Shown here: positions 8,922-16,472 of the stretch, piece by piece | How the letters are laid out: every line of letters begins with the position of its first letter | Numbering within the stretch: position 1 is the stretch's first letter | Assembly: GCA_013360215.1 (NCBI GenBank) | Contig: JABWCP010000014.1 | Span: 52,687-72,686, forward strand | Reading direction: 5' to 3' | Origin: a bacterium | GTDB lineage: Bacteria; CLD3; SB21 | Length of the DNA stretch: 20,000 nt | Translations under genes and position numbers: made by a program | The notes under the pieces: generated by a model | The model's database searches: none | The model's input: the letters and a program-made list of their open reading frames with translations, nothing else | Told to the model about the DNA's origin: nothing

Positions 8922-9689
8922 TCAAAAAACTATGTTAACACCATTACTCAATTCAACATCATATGTGCGAATCCCGGGTGCCGGGCGATGATCATACCGC
9001 GCATTGAAGGCCGTCACAAAACTCAATTTTTTCCAGAGAGCGATGGTCATACTCGTATTATGTAATAGACGGTAGTCGGAAAACGCGCGCGTATCGGCTT
9101 GATAATAGGTCGTAGCAACAAATGCTAACCGATCATCCGGATTCCATCGTATGGATAAATAATTAGTGGAGCGTAGTTTTCGGACGGTCGGCTCATTGTG
9201 TTCATACATTTCACGCTCCCACATCAATCCAGCACCGACAGCCCATACCAATACTGGAGACTTGCGCCCCGAATCCGTTCGCATAATTTCATAGCGTAGA
9301 CCACTGCCGATCAATTGACGATCTTTAAGGTCAATAAACGCATTAAATTCTTTCTGCGTAAAACCTTCGGCAATTACGTAATCGCTCAGATTTCGGGTAA
9401 CACGCAAATGCATAAATCCTTTATGCGAATACAGTTTTCCCCGGCTTTCGGCACGCTCATAATTCGCGGCAAAAAAAGAATAATATGCCGTGGTAAGCCA
9501 ATCCAAGCGGTAATTGCTTTTCATGCTCAGGGATTCGGAATTGCCTTCTTGGAGACCGAGACTAAAACCTACGGTATGATGGAATCCTCGATCCGCATTA
9601 TACTTGCGTAAATTTTCAGTATTTACTTGCGCCAATAAGACACACGACAAGCTCAATGCGATATAAACGCAAAAAATTCTGATCTTCAT
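8922..9689 (-). CDS. outer-membrane beta-barrel protein, DUF481-like
   Basis: Signal peptide MKIRIFCVYIALSLSCVLLA|QVNTE, amphipathic beta strands, GFMHLR, EGFTQKEFN, RQLIGSGLRY, STNYLS, and a C-terminal Phe (GVNIVF). The ATG at 9689 is preferred over the TTG at 9728. Confidence 0.8.
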   Translation of the reverse strand: MKIRIFCVYIALSLSCVLLAQVNTENLRKYNADRGFHHTVGFSLGLQEGNSESLSMKSNYRLDWLTTAYYSFFAANYERAESRGKLYSHKGFMHLRVTRNLSDYVIAEGFTQKEFNAFIDLKDRQLIGSGLRYEIMRTDSGRKSPVLVWAVGAGLMWEREMYEHNEPTVRKLRSTNYLSIRWNPDDRLAFVATTYYQADTRAFSDYRLLHNTSMTIALWKKLSFVTAFNARYDHRPAPGIRTYDVELSNGVNIVF

Positions 9690-9810
9690 ATATGTAGAAC
9701 CTTTAGACAAGGAGGGTATGCCGGACAATATATAATAAAATCGGTGTTATGTAAAATATTTTTCATAGGAAATCTGTTGAAGAACGAAAATAACCTCTTT
9801 ATTATTTATT

Positions 9811-10587
9811 ATGATTGATTATTTACTCATTGCTATTGCAGCCTTTACGGCATCCGCGCTTACTTTTTTTTCGGGTTTCGGGCTGGGGACAATTTTGATG
9901 CCGGTCTTTGCTCTGTTTTTTCCGGTTCACACAGCTGTCGCATTGACCGCTGTTGTTCATTTTTTAAATAATATTTTCAAACTGGGACTTACCGGATTCT
10001 TTGCCGATAAAGCCGTGATCCTGCGATTTGGCATCCCGGCCATCGTAGCTGCTTTCGCCGGGGCCGAATTGCTTACATGGATGTCCGCATCGGAGCCTGT
10101 TGCGAGTTATTACTTAGGTCATACGATCTTCTATATACGATGGGAAAAAATAATCATGGCTATTGTCATGATCATTTTTGCATTGCTAGAGATCATACCG
10201 GCTTGGTCACAGATACATTTTGATCCTAAATATTTACCATACGGCGGGATTCTCAGCGGTTTTTTTGGCGGGTTATCAGGGCATCAAGGCGCTCTGCGCA
10301 GCGCGTTTCTTCTTCGTTTAGGTCTCGGTAAAGAAAGTTTTATTGCCACCGGTGTCGTCATCGCATGTATGATTGACATAACGCGATTAAGCGTTTATGG
10401 GTTTTCTATTTTTCAGGAAAACATCGCAGCCCATTGGCCGTTACTGCTCATAGCCATCTCGAGCGCATTTGGCGGTGCGTTTCTTGGAAATCGGTTTCTT
10501 AAAAAAATGACCATTGCTTTACTACAAAAGAGCGTGGCTTTATTTCTTATCGCCCTTGCCTGCGCTCTGGCCACGGGTATCATCTGA
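9811..10587 (+). CDS. sulfite exporter TauE/SafE (TSUP) family membrane protein
   Basis: About 8 hydrophobic helices with the duplicated signatures TFFSGFGLGTILMP and GGILSGFFGGLSGHQGALRSAFL. Confidence 0.88.
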   Translation: MIDYLLIAIAAFTASALTFFSGFGLGTILMPVFALFFPVHTAVALTAVVHFLNNIFKLGLTGFFADKAVILRFGIPAIVAAFAGAELLTWMSASEPVASYYLGHTIFYIRWEKIIMAIVMIIFALLEIIPAWSQIHFDPKYLPYGGILSGFFGGLSGHQGALRSAFLLRLGLGKESFIATGVVIACMIDITRLSVYGFSIFQENIAAHWPLLLIAISSAFGGAFLGNRFLKKMTIALLQKSVALFLIALACALATGII

Positions 10588-10594
10588 TCACAAT

Positions 10595-10627
10595 AAAAAA
10601 CCCCGGAACTAAAAAATCCCGGGGCTT
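10595..10627 (-). terminator. intrinsic terminator of the lipoprotein gene 10650-11207
   Basis: CCCCGG (10601-10606) / CCGGGG (10619-10624) stem, followed by T6 on the minus strand, between convergent genes. Confidence 0.75.
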
Positions 10628-10649
10628 AAAAAAATCAGCTATTCAGTTA

Positions 10650-11207
10650 TTACTTCTTAGCTGTCAATTTCTCATTGATTTTGCCGTACATCATAGCGGC
10701 TTCATCGGCCGTAGCGCGTGAAGCTTTGAAATCACCGGCGGCAAATTGTTTTTTGGCTTCTTCTAATTTAGCTTTGCAACCGGCATAGGTTGTTTCCACT
10801 TCTTTTTTGTCCGCCGCTTTGAGTTTGCCGGCCGCCGCCATCATGGCTTTTTCATTTTTCGTCCAGGTCGTTTCGCAGTTTTTGATGAAATCATCCGTGG
10901 ATGTTTTCACTTGTTCCATACCGGCCGGAGCTGCGGTAGCGGCTTCGTTATAGAGCTTTTCGGCTTCGACGTAAGCGGCTTTGGACTTATCCCATTCTTT
11001 CTTAGCCACAAGGCCATCGGCTTCTTTCATTTTAGCTTCGGCTTTTGCAAACGATTCGCTGGCATAATCAGCAGCTTTAGCTTCAGAGGCTTTTTTCGCG
11101 GCAGCTTTAGCTTTAGCAATTTCCTGCTCCGGGGGACCGCCGCAACCGATCAGTACAAATGCTGTCATAGCGACAGTCAACGCGGATACGATCATACGTT
11201 TTAACAT
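10650..11207 (-). CDS. Ala/Lys-rich alpha-helical lipoprotein (DUF4398-like), paralog 2
   Basis: Signal peptide II with lipobox LIG-C, a helical AADYASESFAKAEAKMKEA segment, GGAG RBS at 11214-11217, and C-terminal AKK. Confidence 0.85.
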   Translation of the reverse strand: MLKRMIVSALTVAMTAFVLIGCGGPPEQEIAKAKAAAKKASEAKAADYASESFAKAEAKMKEADGLVAKKEWDKSKAAYVEAEKLYNEAATAAPAGMEQVKTSTDDFIKNCETTWTKNEKAMMAAAGKLKAADKKEVETTYAGCKAKLEEAKKQFAAGDFKASRATADEAAMMYGKINEKLTAKK

Positions 11208-11246
11208 AGGATTCTCCGTTTATTTAAGGGTTATGGGAATATTTAC

Positions 11247-11278
11247 AAAAAAACCCCGAATACAAGTATCCGGGGTTT
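11247..11278 (-). terminator. intrinsic terminator between the two lipoprotein paralogs
   Basis: Minus strand AAACCCCGGATAC-TT-GTATTCGGGGTTT, continuing into a T7 tract, 19 nt after the stop codon at 11298. Confidence 0.8.
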
Positions 11279-11297
11279 ATTCAAAACTAAATTTGAA

Positions 11298-11861
11298 TTA
11301 CTTCTTAGCAGGCATTGCCATTTTCTTCATGGCATCCATTTTTTCGGTAGCCATAGCGAGGCTGGAAAGAGCACCCATCGGGTCGGTTTCCATCATGCCT
11401 TCAGCGCCTTTTACAGCACCTTCGACTTCTTTGCCCATAGCATCATATTTGTCTTTGTCGCCTTTTTTCATCAGTTTGGTAGCAGCCATCAGCATTTTGT
11501 CTTTGCCCATGTCTTCCCAAGCTTTTTTAGCGGCCGCAATACCGGCTTTGGCTTCTTCCATTTTAGCTTTCATTGCTTCAGGAGCGGCTTTAGCAGCAGC
11601 TTCAAACTGAGCGGCAGCTTCTGTATAAGCTTTCTTCGCACCGTCCCAATCGCTTTTCTTCACAGCTTCAGCACCTTTGTTCAAAGCGGCATTCGCTGCA
11701 TCAAACGCTTCTTTAGCATACACATCAGCTTTAGCTTCGGTAGCTTTTTTCATAGCAACCGTGGCTTTTTCGATCAATTCTTTCGGGGGACCGCCGCAAC
11801 CGATCAGAACGAATGCAGCGAGGGTCAGCGTCGCTACGGACAATACAACACGCTTCAGCAT
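11298..11861 (-). CDS. Ala/Lys/Met-rich alpha-helical lipoprotein (DUF4398-like), paralog 1
   Basis: MLKRVVLSVATLTLAAFVLIG-C lipobox, AAGGAG RBS at 11868-11873 supporting ATG 11861, a KADVYAKEAFDAANAAL segment, and C-terminal AKK. Confidence 0.85.
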   Translation of the reverse strand: MLKRVVLSVATLTLAAFVLIGCGGPPKELIEKATVAMKKATEAKADVYAKEAFDAANAALNKGAEAVKKSDWDGAKKAYTEAAAQFEAAAKAAPEAMKAKMEEAKAGIAAAKKAWEDMGKDKMLMAATKLMKKGDKDKYDAMGKEVEGAVKGAEGMMETDPMGALSSLAMATEKMDAMKKMAMPAKK

Positions 11862-11979
11862 GGGTTTCTCCTTTAATGCTTGCACTTAAGGCTACCAACA
11901 CCCAATCTACCTAAGTGCTAAGTTTTTATTTTTATGGTGTTTAGGGTTAAAAAAACCACTTGTTCACAAAATCTGCGCA

Positions 11980-12008
11980 AATATATGATCTCATGCCGGC
12001 AAAAGCAA
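11980..12008 (-). promoter_or_regulatory. sigma70-type promoter for the lipoprotein pair
   Basis: TTGCTT-17 nt-TATATT(TGCG). The -10 region also fits the Bacteroidota-type TAnnTTTG box. Confidence 0.65.
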
Positions 12009-12185
12009 GCTGTTTTTTGCTCTAAACTTCTTTATTTTCAGCATCATTTCCAATAATCACTTACCATTTTACGCATTCTTACATGCTTACACGACATCGG
12101 TTATGTAGGATACTGCGAAAATCGTATATCTCCATACCTGATCATATATAAGCCTGCTTTATCTAAGAGTTTGATTTCTGTTGGT

Positions 12186-12223
12186 AAAAAAACTCCCGGC
12201 ATCGTTTTTCGAACCGGGAGTTT
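12186..12223 (-). terminator. terminator-like hairpin with no obvious upstream gene on its strand
   Basis: AAACTCCCGG (12190-12199) / CCGGGAGTTT (12214-12223) 10-bp stem with an inner TCG-TTTTT-CGA. T7 tract on the minus strand, only T3 on the plus strand. Confidence 0.6.
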
Positions 12224-12245
12224 AAAAAATAATCGGAGATAGATT

Positions 12246-14117
12246 ATGGCCGTAGCTGCTCAGGGATTTCATCAAACACATTGTTTTACCGGTTCGTGGG
12301 ATGTACATTCAGGCATGAAAACAACCAAACTTTCCGGCCCTGTGATCGCCGATAACTATGATCAAGGTATCCGGCTCGCCATGCGCCTGATCGAAGCACG
12401 TGAAAATCTAGCCGATGGTTCGGGTATGGATATTACCGATTGGGCGCAGTCTGTTTTTGGAACGGAGCACCTTGTGCGACTGATCGAAACAGAACCTTTT
12501 TCGGAAAAAATATACGGCCCTGTTATTCGCGAAGAAATCGAACGGTTAGCTAAGACGTGGTACCCCGATGTAGGCAAACGTCATATCGTTTCTATCAACA
12601 AACTCGAAGATGAGTTTGACGTACATGTCGCCGATGACGAAGCGCCTGCATCAGCGCTTGCAACGGTATCGGCGGATCAGGTACTGGATTTTCTCAGCTC
12701 GCGTTTAACCCCGGCTCAACTGGAATACCTGCGCCGGATTCTTAAAAATTCTTTCGGCGAAGACCGCGACTTTTCGTGGAATGAACGTATTTTCCGGCTT
12801 TTGGCGGAATCGGAATCCTATCTTCAGTCTAACATAGATCGCATGATGGCGATGTATCCCGACGGGCCGCCATTGCAGGAGCATCTCCATGCAGGGCAAA
12901 CTTTTTCAGACGAACAAATCATCACGTGCTATAAAAATGTTTTTTTGGGCATCAACGCACGTTTCCCGATTCATTTTTTAGCTACGGACGGTAACCGAAG
13001 AGCCGCTATTTTGACGCAATTTGCCGTCGAACATATTTTGAAAACCCGACCGCTGGACGCACTGCAAGAATATACGGCGCGCGATTTCAGTGCGATCGGT
13101 TTGCGCAATGTGGCACGATTTTTCAATTATTCGCTGAATCGAATTATTCGCAATGCCTATCCTGATCTCGTCATGCCTTGGGAAATGGCGCATGTCGAAG
13201 ACGGATTTTGGACGGAAGAAAAAAACAGAACGATGGCCATTCGGTGGCTGATCGAAGAAAAACTCGGCATTGCCAAAACGGATATTCCTAAAGCTCTGCG
13301 GGATGATCGTGTAACCAAATCGTCCTTTACACAAAACGGATTGTCGTACATGTTTGTGCAGTATTACAAATCGGTTTCACGTTGTATCGGTGCGGCATAC
13401 CCTGAGTTTATGCCGTGGGAATTAGGCAGCGTACCGAATGCTTTCTGGCAAGGCGAAGAAGGACGACAAAACGTCGTGAAAGCGATACACTGGCTCATGC
13501 GGCGCATGCAAATCATACCGGCCGAAATACCCGAACGTATCAAAGATAAAACCATTAATCGCGAACTCTTCAGTCGGTTTGGCCTCGCCACGGTTTTCGA
13601 GCGCATTTTCAAAAAGAACATGTTTCAGGTTTTTGAAACCGCGTATCCCGGTCGTTTTGAAATATGGGAAATCGGCAAAGTGGCGACGGACTATTGGGAA
13701 GATCTGCTGCATGCCTATCGCGCATCGCTGTGGATTGCTAAAAAAGAAGGCATCCCCGAAAACGGTATTCACGCGGCTTTGCGCAGCGGCATGCTTTCAC
13801 GCGAATCCTTTGCTAAATACGGACTCGGCAGTATGCTCAAGCGTACTTTTGATAATAACCTGCGCAAGGCTTACTTGCCCTACATTTTGCCCGATGCCGA
13901 TACGCGTGAGCAGTTGATGAAAGATATTACCCTTCTTCAGCTCATCAAACGCCAGCTGCGGCTTTTTGATGAACAGCCTGTATTGATTCGTATCGTGCGA
14001 TATATGTTCTACCGATTTGCACAAAACTCCGTCGAGCGCACATACCGCCGAATATACGAGCGCCTGCGCAAACGCACGCAACGACGGCTGGATGAAATAT
14101 TGGCAATGATGGGGTAA
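12246..14117 (+). CDS. uncharacterised protein with about four tandem DUF4046-like repeats
   Basis: About 80-aa repeats with Fxxx(G)L...AYP(x)xxxWE...(F/Y)W...AIxWL (AYPDLVMPWE, AYPEFMPWE, AYPGRFEIWE, and a truncated fourth). They are preceded by IITCYKNVFLGINARFP, which resembles the DUF4046 N-terminal segment. Start is 12246 (GGAG at 12235-12238) or 12315. Confidence 0.75.
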   Translation: MAVAAQGFHQTHCFTGSWDVHSGMKTTKLSGPVIADNYDQGIRLAMRLIEARENLADGSGMDITDWAQSVFGTEHLVRLIETEPFSEKIYGPVIREEIERLAKTWYPDVGKRHIVSINKLEDEFDVHVADDEAPASALATVSADQVLDFLSSRLTPAQLEYLRRILKNSFGEDRDFSWNERIFRLLAESESYLQSNIDRMMAMYPDGPPLQEHLHAGQTFSDEQIITCYKNVFLGINARFPIHFLATDGNRRAAILTQFAVEHILKTRPLDALQEYTARDFSAIGLRNVARFFNYSLNRIIRNAYPDLVMPWEMAHVEDGFWTEEKNRTMAIRWLIEEKLGIAKTDIPKALRDDRVTKSSFTQNGLSYMFVQYYKSVSRCIGAAYPEFMPWELGSVPNAFWQGEEGRQNVVKAIHWLMRRMQIIPAEIPERIKDKTINRELFSRFGLATVFERIFKKNMFQVFETAYPGRFEIWEIGKVATDYWEDLLHAYRASLWIAKKEGIPENGIHAALRSGMLSRESFAKYGLGSMLKRTFDNNLRKAYLPYILPDADTREQLMKDITLLQLIKRQLRLFDEQPVLIRIVRYMFYRFAQNSVERTYRRIYERLRKRTQRRLDEILAMMG

Positions 14118-14147
14118 ACGCATGTCCACATTTTAGTCGATAGATTA

Positions 14148-14181
14148 AATACAAAACCCGCCGTGAAGCGGGTTTTGTATT
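14148..14181. terminator. bidirectional intrinsic terminator
   Basis: AATACAAAACCCGC-cgtgaa-GCGGGTTTTGTATT, a 14-bp perfect stem between the repeat-protein stop and the stop of the receptor remnant. Confidence 0.9.
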
Positions 14182-14203
14182 ATTAACTATGACTTAAAAT
14201 AAT

Positions 14204-14374
14204 TTAGAACCGATACATGAGTTTAGAGAAAACAAAAGCACCGCTAAAACCCATCTGAACCGAATCCCAAAGCCCGCCGGACTCAGTAAGCGCCGGATCT
14301 TTTCGGTCGGGATAAGTATTAAAAAGATTTAAAACTCCCGCTGTTATGGCAATATGATCTTTAATCTCAATTCG
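14204..14374 (-). pseudogene. C-terminal 56-codon fragment of a TonB-dependent receptor
   Basis: Translates to RIEIKDHIAITAGVLNLFNTYPDRKDPALTESGGLWDSVQMGFSGAFVFSKLMYRF*. It has the GxxNLFNxYP motif of the penultimate strand and a last amphipathic strand ending YxF. There is an in-frame TAA directly upstream and no usable start for the motif region. Confidence 0.8.
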
Positions 14375-14422
14375 TTACGAGCCTGGAAAAGTAAAAACGA
14401 AAATTCACTTTAAGAAACAACT

Positions 14423-14451
14423 TTGCCTTTTTCAGACATTCTCTATAGATT
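14423..14451 (+). promoter_or_regulatory. sigma70-type promoter for the AI-2E/SDR operon
   Basis: TTGCCT-17 nt-TAGATT(GC), ending 10 nt before ATG 14462. Confidence 0.6.
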
Positions 14452-14461
14452 GCCAGTCACT

Positions 14462-15691
14462 ATGATCAATGAAAAAGAACCCCGTTTTTTACTCATCACT
14501 TTGATTGCCACCATTCTTTTTGGTTTTTGGTTTGTCACCATAAAAGATGTGTTTTCACCGTTTATATTAGCGACGGTCATCATCGCCTTTTTACTTCCGT
14601 TTCGCGATCATAAAACGATACGCGTGCTCATCGCCTTGATTTTCACGCTGTTTATGTTATGGCTGATTAACGAGTTGCGTGAAATTTTCACGCCTTTTCT
14701 GATCGCTTTTGCATTAGCATATCTCTTTGACCCGGTAGTGGACAGTTTCGAAAAACGCAAATTTTCCCGCACGTCTTCCATTGTGGTTATCATATTGGCA
14801 ATACTCGGAACATTATTTGCCATCGGGCTTTTAGTCATTCCGCAATTTGCAGGCGAAGTCTCCGCGTTGGCCGGCACTTTCCCTTCGTACGAAGATTTTA
14901 AACGTAATCTGAATCCGGACGCCTTGAGTTTTTTGCAATCGTGGGGCATGGATACCGCAAAAATCATGGCCATGATCGAATCGGAAACAACGAATAAAAT
15001 CACCGGCCTTATTCGTGAATTTACGCAAAGCGCGCAATCGTTGTCCGACGGGCTGAGTTCACTGATCACGCAACTCATCAATCTGATTCTGATTCCCTTC
15101 ATTACATTTTATTTTTTACGGGATTTTGACCAGAATATCGCGCGTATCCGATCACGTACGCCGGAGCGACATCGAGCAAAATTTGAAAAGCTGTATACTC
15201 GTATTGACGGAATTCTCAGCGTTTATATTCGCCGGATTTTTCTGACGGCATTTACGCTCGGTATGCTTTCCATGGTCATTCTTTTTATTTTGGATATCCG
15301 TTTTGCCACGATCATCGGAATAACACTCGGTTTGTTTTACCTCATTCCATACGTGGGTTACCTTCTGACATTTGCTGTTGGCGCCATCATGGGGTTGCTC
15401 AATCCCGATCCCGGCAGCGCGGTTCTCAAAATCATGATCGTGATCGCCTGCATCAAAATCATAGATCTGGGTATCGTCTCACCGCGCCTTGTCGGTGAAA
15501 AATTGGGATTGCACCCGGTGCTGATGATTTTTTCGATTTTTGTGTTCGGTAAATTGCTCGGGCTGCTCGGGCTTTTTATTGCTATTCCCGTGACGGCCAT
15601 TCTGAAAGTACTGATCATGGAATGGTACGATCAAAACTTTCTGCATCGCGAATTTATCCGTGATGATTCATCGTCAACATCCAAGGAGTAA
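14462..15691 (+). CDS. AI-2E family (PerM/TqsA-like) transporter
   Basis: PFLIAFALAYLFDPVVD, LILIPFITFYFLRD, LIPYVG, PRLVGEKLGLHP, GKLLGLLGLFIAIPVTAILKV. ATG 14462 is preferred. Confidence 0.92.
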   Translation: MINEKEPRFLLITLIATILFGFWFVTIKDVFSPFILATVIIAFLLPFRDHKTIRVLIALIFTLFMLWLINELREIFTPFLIAFALAYLFDPVVDSFEKRKFSRTSSIVVIILAILGTLFAIGLLVIPQFAGEVSALAGTFPSYEDFKRNLNPDALSFLQSWGMDTAKIMAMIESETTNKITGLIREFTQSAQSLSDGLSSLITQLINLILIPFITFYFLRDFDQNIARIRSRTPERHRAKFEKLYTRIDGILSVYIRRIFLTAFTLGMLSMVILFILDIRFATIIGITLGLFYLIPYVGYLLTFAVGAIMGLLNPDPGSAVLKIMIVIACIKIIDLGIVSPRLVGEKLGLHPVLMIFSIFVFGKLLGLLGLFIAIPVTAILKVLIMEWYDQNFLHREFIRDDSSSTSKE

Positions 15692-15693
15692 AT

Positions 15694-16470
15694 ATGGGTT
15701 ATTCCGTGAAAGATCGTATTATTCTTATCACCGGCGCCAGCGCGGGTATCGGTGAAGCGACCGCCCGCACATTTGCCGAGGCCGGAGGAAAATTGATTCT
15801 CACCGCCCGTCGTAAAGAAAAGCTTGAAAAACTGGCCAACGAACTGAAAGAACAATTCGGAACGCCGTCGTATACCGCTTCCCTGGATGTTCGTGATAAC
15901 GCGGCCGTAGAAAATTTTGTACGCACTCTACCTGACGCATGGTCGGCCATTGATATTTTAGTCAATAACGCCGGACTCGGGCGCGGTTTGGACAAACTGC
16001 ATGAAGGAAAAATCGCCGACTGGGAAGAAATGATTGATACCAATGTCAAAGGTTTGCTCTATGTCAGTCGCGCTGTTATCCCGGGCATGGTCGCTCGCGG
16101 CAGAGGGCATATTTTCAATCTGGGATCCATCGCGGGTCATGAAACCTACCCCGGCGGAAACGTGTATTGTGCGACCAAACACGCCGCACGTGCAATCAAT
16201 AACGGAATGCGGATTGACCTCGTGGATACGCCGGTGCGCGTAACGACGATTGACCCCGGTCTAGTCGAAACGGAATTTAGTGTAGTACGTTTTCGCGGTG
16301 ATGCCCAGCGCGCCAAAAAACCGTATGAAGGCATCGCGCCGCTTAGAGGAGAGGATATAGCCGACTTGATTTTATTTGCAGCGACACGCCCGACGCATGT
16401 CAATATCAACGAAATGATCGTGATGCCCAAAGCGCAAGCTACATCCACTTTGGTACACCGCAAAGTATAA
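15694..16470 (+). CDS. classical SDR oxidoreductase, YdfG-like NADP-dependent 3-hydroxy acid dehydrogenase
   Basis: TGASAGIG, ARR (NADP preference), LVNNAG, GSIAG, YCATK, DPGLVETEFSVVRFRGD, PTHVNINE. An AAGGAG RBS overlaps the upstream gene's stop. Confidence 0.92.
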   Translation: MGYSVKDRIILITGASAGIGEATARTFAEAGGKLILTARRKEKLEKLANELKEQFGTPSYTASLDVRDNAAVENFVRTLPDAWSAIDILVNNAGLGRGLDKLHEGKIADWEEMIDTNVKGLLYVSRAVIPGMVARGRGHIFNLGSIAGHETYPGGNVYCATKHAARAINNGMRIDLVDTPVRVTTIDPGLVETEFSVVRFRGDAQRAKKPYEGIAPLRGEDIADLILFAATRPTHVNINEMIVMPKAQATSTLVHRKV

Positions 16471-16472
16471 CA

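Noticed and set aside
9730-9757. XerD-like arm TTATGTAAAAT after a 6-nt spacer
   Set aside because: The partner arm (ATATAATAAAA) lacks the inner ATAA next to the spacer, so it is likely AT-rich promoter DNA.
12010-12185. Riboswitch upstream of the hairpin at about 12200
   Set aside because: I could not recognise any aptamer consensus. A covariance-model search would be needed to exclude one fully.
12247-12272. Weak resemblance of TGGCCGTAGCTGCTCAGGGATTT to a reverse-strand tRNA 3' end
   Set aside because: There is no TTC T-loop and no cloverleaf.
12336-12527. GPVI peptide repeated twice in the N-terminus of the repeat protein
   Set aside because: Only 4 residues match, with no extended similarity.
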